NCBI GenBank assembly: GCA_963733035.1
Contig: CAVTBU010000005.1
Coordinates: 768,001 to 832,000, forward strand
Length of the DNA: 64,000 bases
Direction of reading: 5' to 3'
From: Pirellulales bacterium
GTDB taxonomy: Bacteria; Planctomycetota; Planctomycetia; Pirellulales; PALSA-1355
Shown here piece by piece: positions 30,800-41,385 of this stretch (position 1 is the first letter of the stretch; the number at the start of each line of letters is the position of its first letter). A program made the position numbers and the translations under genes. Below the pieces are notes generated by a model. The model ran no database searches. It worked only from the letters and a program-made list of their open reading frames with translations, and was not told the DNA's origin.

Positions 30800-31798
30800 C
30801 TAAGCGTGCGAACCTGACTTCAAGGTCATGCCAAGTCGGCGCATCCCCTCTTCGGTGGAAACGCGCGGCGCGTAGTTAAAATCTCGCTGCGCGCGGCGAA
30901 TGTCGAAATAGTGCGACATTCCCAATTGGGCCGCCAGAAAGCGCGTCATCCGGGGCTCGCTTTGGATTTGAAAGACGCGATGAACGAGTTCCATCATGGC
31001 GCCGATTTTCCACGCCGCGGACAGCGAAATGGAACGCGCAACTGGCGGCAAGCCGGCTAGGCCGAGGATCTCATCGATCCACTGCCAGCAGTTCACCGCC
31101 GATCCCTGGCTGATGAAATACGCCTGTCCGGCAACCGGTGAATTAGCAGCCAAACGATCAGCGGCTTGGATGTGGGCCGCGGCCGCGTTGTCGACGTAGA
31201 CCATATCGATCAAATTTGCGCCATCTCCCACCCGTCGCAATTGACCACTTCGAGCTCGGGCGATCAGTCGCGGAACCAAATGTTGGTCGCCCGGCCCCCA
31301 GATCAAATGCGGTCGCAAGGCACACGTGGAGAGGCCGTGTTCGTTTGCGGCCAGGACCTCCTGTTCGCCCAGTGCCTTGGTTTGCGCGTAGTGGCACAGC
31401 CACCGGCTCGCATAGCCGACGCTTTCGTCGACCCGCTCTTGCGGCTGGCCATCGAAAGTGACACTGGGACTGCTCGTGTAGACGAGTTTTCGCACGCCTT
31501 GCTTACGGCAGCCTTCGATCACATGCCGCGTACCAAGAACGTTGACAACGTGGAATTCGTTCCAAGGCCCCCAGATGCCCGCCAGAGCCGCCGTGTGAAA
31601 CACGACGTCGCGATCGGCACAAGCGGCCTGCACGCAAGCTGGGTCTCGAACGTCGCCCTGTACGCATTCAACGCCCAACCTTGCAAGTTCTGGATAGGCG
31701 CCCCGGGCCAGACTGCGCACCTCATCTCCGCGTCCGAGAAGTTGTTGGACGATAGCGCGACCAAGAAAGCCACCTCCGCCGGTAACCAGCACTCGCAT
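30800..31798 (-). CDS. oleD: OleD-like NAD(P)-dependent reductase (3-beta-HSD family)
   Basis: VTGGGGFLG, FHTAALAGIWG, YTSSPSV, HYAQTK, LRPHLIWGPGD; directly after oleC. Confidence 0.85.
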   Translation of the reverse strand: MRVLVTGGGGFLGRAIVQQLLGRGDEVRSLARGAYPELARLGVECVQGDVRDPACVQAACADRDVVFHTAALAGIWGPWNEFHVVNVLGTRHVIEGCRKQGVRKLVYTSSPSVTFDGQPQERVDESVGYASRWLCHYAQTKALGEQEVLAANEHGLSTCALRPHLIWGPGDQHLVPRLIARARSGQLRRVGDGANLIDMVYVDNAAAAHIQAADRLAANSPVAGQAYFISQGSAVNCWQWIDEILGLAGLPPVARSISLSAAWKIGAMMELVHRVFQIQSEPRMTRFLAAQLGMSHYFDIRRAQRDFNYAPRVSTEEGMRRLGMTLKSGSHA

Positions 31799-33500
31799 CA
31801 CTGCCACCCCAAGCGCCTGGCTGCCCAGGGCGCGAGTTGCTCGCGAAAGATCTTGGCATTGTGGCGGATGTCCACCGGCATTGATCGGTGGATCAGGATG
31901 TGCTCGATGCCATCTGTAAGTGGGTTGGCACTTCCCAACGCCGCGAGCTCGTCGAGAAGCGTTAGGCGCGCCCGGCGTCGACGTGGTAACTTCCCGGGCC
32001 ACGGCTCCACGATGATCACCGGTCGCTGTTGTCCCGGCTCGCCGACGCCAACCAATGCCGATCGGTAAACGGCCGGGTGCTGGTTGTAGACCGCCTCGCA
32101 GGGAATCGTGAACATGGTCCCCGTGACCGTTTGCACGCGATGCGCCTTTCTCCCACAGAACCAAAAGCGCCCCGCATCGTCGAGATAGCCAACGTCGCCC
32201 ATGCGATGCCAGGTATGATCACCATCGATGATTTTGGCCAGTGCGTTCGATTCCCGTCGGGTTACGTACTTCTGCGTAACCACTGCTCCGCGAACAACGA
32301 TTTCGCCAATTTCGCCGGCCGGTAGCTCAACTGCGTCTTCGATCCGCGCGAGCGGACGGTCGCTGATTTCAATAATCTTCCATTCGATGCCCGGAAATCG
32401 ATGGCCAACACAAGTGCCGCGCCCTTGCGCCAGAGATGCCGCGTTTCACCCAGAATTGCGCTGGCCGAAAGGGAGGCCACGGGCAATGCTTCGGTCGCTC
32501 CATACGGCGTATGCACGTCGCCGTCAGTCGCAATGCAGCCTTTCATTCGCGCAAGCACGTGGGGCGGCACTGGCGCACCGGCGGAAATCACGCGGCGCAA
32601 GGAAGGCATGGCAACGTTTCGCTGCTGACAATACTGGCCAACCCGGTTCCAAACAGCCGGAGACGCGAACGATTGCGTGGCCTGCCAGTCGTGCACGGCC
32701 TCGACGATGTTACGAGGATTGACGCGGGCAGGCCGCGTCGGATCCATGTCGGGGACGACGGTGGTAACACCCATCGCACAATTGAAGAGCCCAAACAGCG
32801 GGAAGCCGGGAACGTCGACTTCGCCCGGCTCGATGCCGTAGAACTCGGCTAGTTCCGTGACTTGCCGATCGAAGTTGCCATGACAATAAAGGACCCCCTT
32901 TGGCGGACCCGTGCTCCCGGTCGTAAAGATGATGGCGGCCGGATCCTGCGATGCCGTATCGTGGCAGAACGTGTCGGGGGAACCCATGTCCCGCAGTTCG
33001 TCGAGGGTCACGCCGTCCCCATACCATTTGCGACCGACGGTCACATTCAGTCGCGCCCGGGCGAACTTCGCCCGCAAGAGCCTCCGAACCACATGCACCG
33101 CCGGAATGGCAATGAAACCCTGCGGATCGGCGTCGGCAAGACAACGCACGAGGTTGCGCCGCCCCATGCCGGGGTCGATCAACACGATCACCGCGCCAAC
33201 CTTGAACAGCGCAAAAACCAGTGCGATGAACTCGCGGCCAGGACGTACAAGCAAGGCCATGCGCATGCCCGGTTGCACCCCCAGACGCCTAAGGCCGCTG
33301 GCCAACCGGTTGCTTTCCTCCTCTAAATCGCGGAAGGAGCAAGATTGATATTGTCGTTGCCGCCGACTGCGGCGCCCCGGCACGGCAATCGCCACCGCGT
33401 TTGGCATCCGAGCCGCCATCGCCGCGAGGCGCCGCGCAACATTCACGCCCCGAGCATCGGTGGGGCTGGAGTGCAGCGGAGAAATGGCCGCTTTCGTCAT
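31798..33500 (-). CDS. oleC: OleC-like AMP-dependent ligase / beta-lactone synthetase; frameshift near 32418
   Basis: LIDPGMG, IIFTTGSTGPPKG, FPLFGLF, PDMDPTRPA, TPYGATE, WHRMGDVGY, PVDIRHNAKI; one extra G restores GAGTCVG. Confidence 0.87.
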
Positions 33501-33525
33501 GACAGTTTTTTCGCCCCAGTGCTGA

Positions 33526-34404
33526 TCAGTTCGCGACGACCTGCGCCTCAACAAAATCCAGAACGTGCCGGGCCACGTCCACGTCGAGCACGCGTGACAG
33601 GGATTGCCAACCTGGCACGGCGTTAACTTCGATCACGTACAATTGACCGTCGCGCCCGGGGAGCAGATCGACACCAGCTACCGTGGCGCCAATCGCCACC
33701 GTGGCACGGCGCGCCAGATCGGCCCATTCGGGAAGCAATTCGACCCGTTCGGCGACGGCCCCACGACTGACGTTCGTTCGCCAATCGAGCGGATTTCGGC
33801 GACGCATGGCCCACATCCGCTCGCCGACTACGAGCACCCGCAGGTCGTATCCATCATGTGGAACGAATTGCTGCACGTAAAGCACGGCCCCCAAACCGGT
33901 GAGAAGACTGAAGGTGCGTTGCGCCAGCCCCTCGTCACCGACCCGGGCGATGCCTCGCCCTTCGCCCCCAAACAGCGGCTTTACGACGACGTCGCCCCCG
34001 AGTCGCTCAAATGCCGTCATTCCCGTTTCGACAGATTGACAGACGCTCGTTGGCGGAGTCGGAAGCCCGGCCGCCTGTAATTTGGCGCTGGCCAGGTACT
34101 TGTCGACAGCCGCTTCGATGGCTCGCGCTGGATTGATTACGACTTTGCCGGCGGCCTCCAACCGGGCCAGCACGTCCATTCGCATGACAACCTGCTCCAG
34201 CGATCCCGGCGGCATGGTGCGCACCAGTATCGCATCCACGTCGAGTAAATCGATGCCGGCAACCGTGAAGCAGGGCCCCTCGCGCGTAAGTTCTGCCGCC
34301 AGGTCGCGGAACACTAGCGGGGTTACCTGGTGGCGGTCGGCGGACGCCCGGCGAAAGTCCTTGAGATACCAGCTGTTCGGCGAGCAAAGAATTGCGACGT
34401 GCAT
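33526..34404 (-). CDS. RimK-family ATP-grasp ligase (H4MPT-linked); in frame with upstream mch as assembled
   Basis: MPPGSLEQV, AVDKY, VVKPLFGGEGRG, WRTNVSRG, IEVNAVPGW; own GGAG RBS before ATG 34404. Confidence 0.85.
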   Translation of the reverse strand: MHVAILCSPNSWYLKDFRRASADRHQVTPLVFRDLAAELTREGPCFTVAGIDLLDVDAILVRTMPPGSLEQVVMRMDVLARLEAAGKVVINPARAIEAAVDKYLASAKLQAAGLPTPPTSVCQSVETGMTAFERLGGDVVVKPLFGGEGRGIARVGDEGLAQRTFSLLTGLGAVLYVQQFVPHDGYDLRVLVVGERMWAMRRRNPLDWRTNVSRGAVAERVELLPEWADLARRATVAIGATVAGVDLLPGRDGQLYVIEVNAVPGWQSLSRVLDVDVARHVLDFVEAQVVAN

Positions 34405-35388
34405 CGGGCGCGTCTCCAACGCTGCTAAGTGCGCAGCGTGGCGGAGGTCAAACGACTCGTGAATCACGCGCGGCAAGGTGCGCCCGAAAGTAAAAGTATG
34501 GCCGGTATCAAGGTTCGAAAAGGTAATCCGGGCCGGGCTGAACAGATGAGGATCGATCTTATAGAAATCTCGATGGTACCGCTCGAAGATGGCGGCGAAT
34601 GGTTGGCCGTGGTCGGGCGAAGCGCCGCTGGGAACTTTGGGCCCAAGCGCTTCCAAGCTGGCGTCATCGCCGCGAACGTAAATTGTTGCTTCGCCGCCGT
34701 AGAGAATCGCATCGTTGGTTCGCCCAATTGCAACCAGGTCGTCGGCCGATGCTGGAGGCAGCGGCGCCGTACCAAAGCCGCTCACGACGCGTGACAAATC
34801 AAAGTCCAATTCGAACAGTTTGTGCAGCGCCGTCTCGACGCTGCGGGCCACAACCTGGATCGTGCCAGCGAGGCTCGCCGTCGGAGCCAGCAGCAACGTC
34901 AGCTTCTCCGGAGCCACGCCACAACTGTCGGCCAGGTTTTGGCAAACGTCGTCGGGCGGAAATTGCCGAGTCTCCAGCACTCCCACGGCACGGTCCGCCT
35001 TTTCTATGTGCCCAATCTTCTCGAACAAGGCTTCCTTGGCAGCCAGTGCTCGCATCGGCCCCGATCCCATGGCGAAAAACTTGCTGCCGGTGATCCGCCA
35101 ACCGGCATACTGCGAGGCCATGCAAGCCGCCACGGGGTGATCGGTGAACACCAAAACCGCCAGCCCTGGCGTGTTGTCGAGCGACGAGGGGACCAACTGG
35201 ACGCTTCCCAGGCCTGCAAGACAGATCTCGGCCAGGCGACGGCCCGTTTCGAGCCCGCCCGGTGTATCGATACCACAGTCCACCAGCAGCGTGCCGCAGG
35301 CCGTATTTCGCCGGCTGATACGTAGCAACTCACGATCGCCCAATAGAGCGTCGCATAGCTTGGCGGCTTGCGGATTCAGGGAGGGCAT
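34405..35388 (-). CDS. mch: Methenyltetrahydromethanopterin cyclohydrolase (no stop before the RimK-like gene as assembled)
   Basis: ACMASQYAGW, MGSGPMRA, QVVARSVETALHK, GRTNDAILYGG, DFYKIDPHLFSPA. Confidence 0.92.
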
Positions 35389-35608
35389 CGAATTACCGGC
35401 GGAAAACCTGACCGTCAATTGGCACGCTCATAATGCCCTGTCGCGCTGGCCCATGCAATGCCCGGAAAAGGCCAGCGACGGCCGACGACATTGCGAAATT
35501 GTAACGCCCCGGCACCCTGGTCTCGGCGTGGCGGCGTTATTTCGCGCGGGCTACAATTGCTATACGTATCGCGAGTTTCCCTATGGCGCGGTTGGACGGG
35601 AGGCAGTT

Positions 35609-36269
35609 TTGGCAAGCCTGACAGTTGAGAATTACATCAAAGCAATTTTTCAGATTTGTCAGTCGGGTGACGGACAGGCGGCGACGGGGCAATTGGCCAC
35701 GGCGTTGAGCGTATCGCCCGGCACCGTGACCAGCATGCTCAAGACGCTAAGCGAGAGCAAGCTGGTCACCTACACGCCCTACGAGGGCGTGCGGTTGACC
35801 AATGCCGGAACCGCGCTGGCGCTGCGCGTCGGTACGGCGCCATCGACTGATCGAATTGTTCCTGGTCAAAACGCTCGATCTCTCCTGGGACGAAGTTCAC
35901 GAGGAAGCCGAGCACATGGAACATGCCGTGAGCGATCGGCTCATCGACCGCATCGATGCGTTCCTGGGCCATCCCGAATCGGATCCCCACGGCGACCCTA
36001 TTCCTCGTTCCGATGGCACGCTAAAAATGCCCAATGCCCACTCGCTCGCCGAATGTAGGGTTGGCGACGCGTTCCAACTCGCGCGCGTCATCGATCAGTC
36101 GCCGGAGTTCCTCCGCTTCTTGAGTGGCTCAGGTCTGCCGCTGGGCGTGGCCGGCCAAGTCGTGGCCAACACGCCGGAAGCCGGCATTGTGACCATCCGC
36201 GTCAATGGCCACGAGACGACCCTTGGCCAGGCAGCGGCCGAAAAGCTGCTGGTCACGGCGCCGAACTAG
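35609..36269 (+). CDS. DtxR/MntR-family metal-dependent repressor with FeoA domain; frameshift near 35831
   Basis: TVENYIKAI, VSPGTVTSMLK, Y.PYEGVRLT, then RRHRLIELFL, HEEAEHMEHAVS, DPHGDPIP in the next frame. Confidence 0.88.
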
Positions 36270-36284
36270 GCGCACTGCCCCCCG

Positions 36285-36320
36285 AAAAAAAAGCCACTGC
36301 CTCCCGTAAGAGACAGTGGC
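36285..36320 (-). terminator. Intrinsic terminator of the Gly-rich TPR gene
   Basis: Minus strand GCCACTGTCTC-TTACGG-GAGGCAGTGGC followed by T8. Confidence 0.8.
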
Positions 36321-36348
36321 CCGAGACGGTTGTCCCGTTTGTAGATTA

Positions 36349-37995
36349 CTACGCGTCCGTGCCTGCTGGAATTCCAGCCGCTGGTGGAGTTTTCGGCTGA
36401 GCCGCGGGTGCGCTGGCAGCGGGAGCCGCGCCGTCCAGTTTTGGCTGCTGGTCGGAATTCTGGACGGCCGCCGGCGGGCGGGCCGGAATGCCAGCTTGCT
36501 TGGCGAATATGTCACGCAACTTCTGCGCTCCCACGTCGCGTGGCTCGATGTCAAGTGCCTTGTCCAACTCGCGCACGGCTTGCTTCGGATAATTCAAGTA
36601 ACCGAAGTGGTAACCAAGCAGAAATCGAATGGCCCCATCGTCGGGCTTTGCATCGCGGGCTTTTTCGGCGGCACGAATCTGATTGGTGTAGTCCTCGATA
36701 TTGCCGTAAAGCTGCGTGTAATTCTTCACCACGTTGCCCCACTCGCTTTCCGGGAGCATTTGCATGGCCATCTGCACGGTGTTCGCCGCGGCATCGTATT
36801 GACCGAGCGCGAACATCGCTTGCCCCATCAGCAAGACGACAGCACCGTTGTCGGGATTGTCGACCATCGCATGCTGCCAATCGCGGAGAGCCTGTTCGTA
36901 GCTTCCAGTGCGGAAGGCCTGTTCGCCAACGCTGACAAAATCATCGGCGCTGGCCAGTTGACCCGTCGTTGGTGTGGGCTGCGAAGCGGCGCCTGATGAA
37001 TTGGCATAGATGTAGGTCGTCGACGGATAGCCACCATAGCCCGCGTAGCCGTAGTAGGGATACCCATAGCCATATCCGTAACCGCCCCAACCTCCGTAGC
37101 CGAGACCGTAGCCCAAACCGTAGCCAAGACCCCAACCATAGTACGGGAATCCGAAGCCCCAGCTCAGCAGGCTATAGGGATAGAAGCCTCGGTAATAGCC
37201 ACGACGACCGTAGCCGTACCAGCCATTGTTCCGGCCCCACCAGTTGTTGTTCCAGTTTCCGTGGTGGCCATAGCCACCGTAATGGTTCCAGTTCCCACCG
37301 TTCCAATTTCCACCCTGGTGGCCATGGTGCGCGAAGTTTCCACCGCCCGAATTGGATGGGAACCGGAAGCTTTGTCGTGCGCCGTTGGCCAGGCTCCCGG
37401 TGCTATTGAAGTTGCGGCCGACGAAGTTATTGCCCGGCGTGTGCCGTGAGCCACTGAACGAATTGGCCCGCGCGAACGAGCTCATGCTGGAGGTCCGATT
37501 TCCGAAGGACGAACGGTTGCCCGAGAACGTCCCGAAGTTCGAACTACCGCCAGGATGCGTGTTTCCGCTGAAGTTTCGGTGCACGAAGTTGGAACCGCCA
37601 CCGAAATTGTGACTTCCGGAGAAGCCGCGAGCACCCGACAGCGAACCACCAGAAAACGAGGACCCACCACGCGAGAAAGACGGCATGCTACCGCGCGAAA
37701 AGGATCCGCCATGCGAAAACGACGGCGAACCACCACGCGAGAAGGAAGAACCGCCATGAAAACTATGGCCGCCGCTGAAGCTGTGGCCGCCTCCACCGAA
37801 ACTGTGGCCGCCACCGTGGAACCCACCACCGCCGTGGAACCCACCACCGCCATGGAAGCCTCCACCGCCGTGGCCGCCGCCGCCATGGCCGCCACCGCCG
37901 CCGCCATGGCCACCACCGTGCGCCAGTGCCGACGTCGCCGGCAACAATAAGAGGGTCGCCATCAAGGCGACCAAAAACCGATTAGCGACTTTCAT
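36349..37995 (-). CDS. Secreted protein with Gly/His/Phe/Tyr-rich low-complexity region and C-terminal TPR domain
   Basis: Signal peptide ending ALA; GGGGHGGGGFH repeats; YG-rich segment; TPR-like helices. Confidence 0.8.
   Translation of the reverse strand: MKVANRFLVALMATLLLLPATSALAHGGGHGGGGGGHGGGGHGGGGFHGGGGFHGGGGFHGGGHSFGGGGHSFSGGHSFHGGSSFSRGGSPSFSHGGSFSRGSMPSFSRGGSSFSGGSLSGARGFSGSHNFGGGSNFVHRNFSGNTHPGGSSNFGTFSGNRSSFGNRTSSMSSFARANSFSGSRHTPGNNFVGRNFNSTGSLANGARQSFRFPSNSGGGNFAHHGHQGGNWNGGNWNHYGGYGHHGNWNNNWWGRNNGWYGYGRRGYYRGFYPYSLLSWGFGFPYYGWGLGYGLGYGLGYGGWGGYGYGYGYPYYGYAGYGGYPSTTYIYANSSGAASQPTPTTGQLASADDFVSVGEQAFRTGSYEQALRDWQHAMVDNPDNGAVVLLMGQAMFALGQYDAAANTVQMAMQMLPESEWGNVVKNYTQLYGNIEDYTNQIRAAEKARDAKPDDGAIRFLLGYHFGYLNYPKQAVRELDKALDIEPRDVGAQKLRDIFAKQAGIPARPPAAVQNSDQQPKLDGAAPAASAPAAQPKTPPAAGIPAGTDA
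37790..37920. repeat. Coding tandem repeats (GGGGH / GGGGFH units)
   Basis: Repeated CCACCACCGCC(G/A)TGG(AA/CC) units within the Gly-rich gene. Confidence 0.7.
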
Positions 37996-38291
37996 TGCGT
38001 ATGTCCTTATTCAACCGCCCCGTTTCTTGTCGCCACGTAATATTCTACGCGGTGGCGGAACGGTCGATTGCGCCAAACGCCTTACTTGCAAGAAATTAAT
38101 TCAAGTCAGCCGACCAACTGGCCGGTCGTGGGGGCAGGGCAACCCTTACGGCCGGATGACGTCCATTCGGCTGACCGGAACTCGGTCAGTGGAACGGGCC
38201 ACGGCGTGCTCCGGGAGGTTTTTGGCGATGAAAAACGGAGCCTTTGACGAACTGTCTCGCGTGCGTAAGAATAGCCGTGACGTTTTTCCGC

Positions 38292-38407
38292 TTCGGCCTC
38301 CGATGAGAGGCCCTCGCAATGGGGACCTGTGAACCTGGTCAGGGACGAAAGTCAGCAGCCATAAGCAGTCATCTCTTTGTGCGACGGGTCTCTCATCGGA
38401 GGCCGAA
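38292..38407 (+). ncRNA. ffs: Small bacterial signal recognition particle RNA (4.5S)
   Basis: Terminal stem TTCGGCCTCCGATGAGA / TCTCATCGGAGGCCGAA; helix-8 motif TCAGGGAC-GAAA-GTCAGCAGC; classic position upstream of dnaX. Confidence 0.92.
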
Positions 38408-38492
38408 CCTCTTTCGGGCCAATGGATTGCAGTGCATGGCCCGCTGAAATTAAAACCGGCCGCTTCCGCAAGCGGCCCTGAGCCACGCCAAG

Positions 38493-40247
38493 ATGGCCGT
38501 ACCCCCCGTTAAACCGACGGACAAACCGCTCGCGCTGGACGGCCTTCCACCGCGACAGGCCGAATACGTCGTCGTGGCCCGTCGCTACCGCCCGCAGACG
38601 TTCGACGAGCTCATCGGGCAAGATCACGTTGCACGGGCGCTCAAGGGGGCCATCGCGGCCAACCGCGTCGGGCACGCCTACTTGTTCACCGGCGCGCGGG
38701 TGTGGGCAAGACGTCGGCCGCTCGGATCCTGGCCAAATCCCTCAATTGCGAACAGGGCCCCACGGCCACTCCCTGCAATCAGTGCGACATCTGCCGCAGC
38801 ATCAGCACGGGCAGCGATGTCGATGTGTTGGAAATTGACGGTGCCAGTAACCGAGGCATCGACGAGATCCGTCAGCTTCGGCAAAACGTCAACATCCGCC
38901 CTAGCCGGGCGCGGTTTAAAATCTATATCATTGACGAAGTGCACATGCTCACTCGCGAGGCCTTCAATGCCTTGCTCAAGACGCTCGAAGAGCCGCCCGA
39001 GCATGTGAAGTTCATCTTTTGCACGACGGAAGCGAACAAGATCCCGGTCACGATTCTGTCGCGTTGCCAACGGTTCGATTTCGCCGGCATCCATTTGGCT
39101 TCCATCGTCGAGCGGCTATCGCAGATCGTGGCCGCCGAAGGAATCAACGCCGAAGCCGAGGCGCTGGCCATCCTGGCGCGACGTGCCGGCGGCTCGATGC
39201 GTGATAGCCAGTCACTGCTGGAACAGTTGCTGGCGCTGGGCGGCGAGACCATCACCGCCCAGGATGTGCATGCGATGCTGGGGACGGCCGGCGACGCGCG
39301 GCTGGCGCAGCTCGTGGAACACCTCTCGGCGCATGACGCCGCTGGCGCAATCGCCGATCTCGACGCTGCTACCACCGAGGGCGTCGACGTCGGACAATTG
39401 CTCGAACAACTGCTGGGTTACTTTCGCGATATGATGCTGGCGACTGTCGGTTGCCCGTCCGACGCGATGATGCACGCCGCACCAGGTCGTTATGACGAAT
39501 TCGTCGCGGCCGGACGCGAAACGGGATTGGAAACGATTCTGGCGATCATGCAGATCCTCGACCACACCTTGTCGCGTTTGCGGTACACCACGCAGGGCCG
39601 TACGCTGACGGAGATGGCGCTGGTGCGAATTGCGAGCTTGGAACGTCTTGACGAATTGGCAGATTTGATCGCCGATTTGCAAAGCGGCTCTCCAGCGGAC
39701 ACAGACAGCAGAACGTCCGTGGCTGCCAGCCGGCACGCTTCATCGGCCGGGTCTTCCGCTGCGGCAAAAAAAAAAGCTGAACAGCGAAAAGACGATGGCC
39801 CCCAGGTCGCCTCGGAAACCAACGGTCGCGCCGCACCGCGAGACGAATCTAACCAGCCGGAACGCTCAGCAGGTATGGCAGCAAGCGCTGGCAAGTCTCG
39901 AAGGTCTGTTGGCCGAAAACGCGTCGCTTTGCGAAAGCGTAGCTGCCCCTGGAGACGGTCGTCTGGTCGCTGCTTTTCGCGCGAAGTATAATTCCTGCAG
40001 AACGTTCTGCGAGCGGGCCGAGCAACTGGCGCAGCTTGAACGAGTGCTGGGCGAGATTATTGGCGGCCGCGTCAAACTCGAATTCACCACGCTCGCGGAT
40101 GATCCGAAATCGAGTTCTTCCCCTAAGCGAGCCGTGCCGCAGCGCCAGCGAATGGCCGAGGTAGCCGACCAACCGATGATCCGCCGCGCGGCTGAATTGT
40201 TCGACGCCCACGTGGTCCGTATTGAAGAACCAAGCGAACCTGGCTGA
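38493..40247 (+). CDS. dnaX: DNA polymerase III subunit gamma/tau; frameshifts at about 38700 and between 39766 and about 39850
   Basis: [16 protein letters not shown], Walker A GARGVGKT (restored by one G), CNQCDIC, IDEVHML, SRCQRF; C-terminal tau-like domain in the 39795..40247 frame. Confidence 0.93.
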
Positions 40248-40274
40248 TACGCCATTCGAAAGGAACGATGCAGC

Positions 40275-40655
40275 GTGTTTGAAGGACTCGGCAAATTGGC
40301 GAACCTTGGTTCGATGCTCAAACAGGCCCAGCAGATGGGCGGACGCCTCAAGCAGCTTACCGAGGAGTTGAAGACGAAGCGGGCCGAGGGATCTGCCGGC
40401 GGCGGGCTCGTAACGGTTGACGTAAACGGGTTGGGGGAAGTCCTGGCCTGCCGGATCGACCCGTCGCTGGTCACGGGTGGCGATCGCGAGTTGCTAGAGG
40501 ATCTGATTCCGGCGGCCGTGAATCAGGCCGTGGCGAAAAGTAAGGAGCTTCACGCCGAGGCAATGAAATCGCTCACCGAAGGGATCGACATGCCGGGGCT
40601 CAACTCGATGCTGTCACAACTTTCGGGGGGTGACGCAGAGCCGCCAACCTCTTAA
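40275..40655 (+). CDS. ybaB: YbaB/EbfC nucleoid-associated protein
   Basis: MLKQAQQM..GSAGGGLVTV..ELLEDLIPAAVNQA; between dnaX and recR. Confidence 0.92.
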   Translation: MFEGLGKLANLGSMLKQAQQMGGRLKQLTEELKTKRAEGSAGGGLVTVDVNGLGEVLACRIDPSLVTGGDRELLEDLIPAAVNQAVAKSKELHAEAMKSLTEGIDMPGLNSMLSQLSGGDAEPPTS

Positions 40656-40688
40656 TGGGCGCGCGATGCCAAAATAGTTAGCCGCCGA

Positions 40689-41345
40689 ATGGCGCCGGGA
40701 ATCGGACCAGATCGGCAACGGACCTATGAACAATTCGCAGGACATTACAGCTTGATCAGCGAATCGGTAACCAAGTTGGTGGAGGAGTTTGCAAAGCTGC
40801 CGGGGATCGGCAAGAAATCGGCCGAGCGGCTGGCCTACCACATTCTCCGAGTCCACCAATCGGAGGCGTTGGCCCTTTCGGACGCCATTCGCCACGTAAA
40901 AGAAAACGTCCGCTACTGCCGGAACTGCTATAATCTCACAGAGCAGGACGAGTGCGAGATCTGTCGCGACCCGAAACGCGATCGCAGTCAGCTTTGCATC
41001 GTCGAACAACCTCGCGACCTGATCGCTCTGGAACAGCCGGGAACCTACCGCGGATTGTACCACGTTCTGCTCGGACGGATCGCTCCGCTGGAAGGCATCG
41101 GCCCGGAAGACCTGACCATCGAGCCGCTGGTGGAACGGGTCCGGCAAGGCATTTTTCGCGAAGTGATCATGGCCACCAATCCGACCCTGGAAGGCGACGG
41201 CACGGCACTTTACATTTCGAACTTATTGGCCGGAATGCCGCTGGAGATCACGCGATTGGCTCGGGGCATCACGAGCGGCAGCGTGCTAGAATTTGCTAAC
41301 AAAGAGATACTGGCCGACGCCCTGGCGGGCCGTCAGAAGTTTTAG
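40689..41345 (+). CDS. recR: Recombination mediator RecR (start uncertain, possibly 40752)
   Basis: [21 protein letters not shown] zinc finger, [18 protein letters not shown]. Confidence 0.95.
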   Translation: MAPGIGPDRQRTYEQFAGHYSLISESVTKLVEEFAKLPGIGKKSAERLAYHILRVHQSEALALSDAIRHVKENVRYCRNCYNLTEQDECEICRDPKRDRSQLCIVEQPRDLIALEQPGTYRGLYHVLLGRIAPLEGIGPEDLTIEPLVERVRQGIFREVIMATNPTLEGDGTALYISNLLAGMPLEITRLARGITSGSVLEFANKEILADALAGRQKF

Positions 41346-41385
41346 ATCGAACAACACCAGTTTTAGCCGAAACAACGCGGGCGTT

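Noticed and set aside
35420..35440. TGGCACG as a sigma-54 -24 element (also TGGCATG at about 891)
   Set aside because: No correctly spaced TTGC -12 element.
37790..37920. Short direct repeats as a possible CRISPR array
   Set aside because: They are in-frame Gly/His codon repeats without unique spacers, and there are no cas genes.
38493..38720. dnaX (and mqnA, mntR, oleC) as true pseudogenes
   Set aside because: Each is otherwise intact and repaired by a single base; dnaX is essential.
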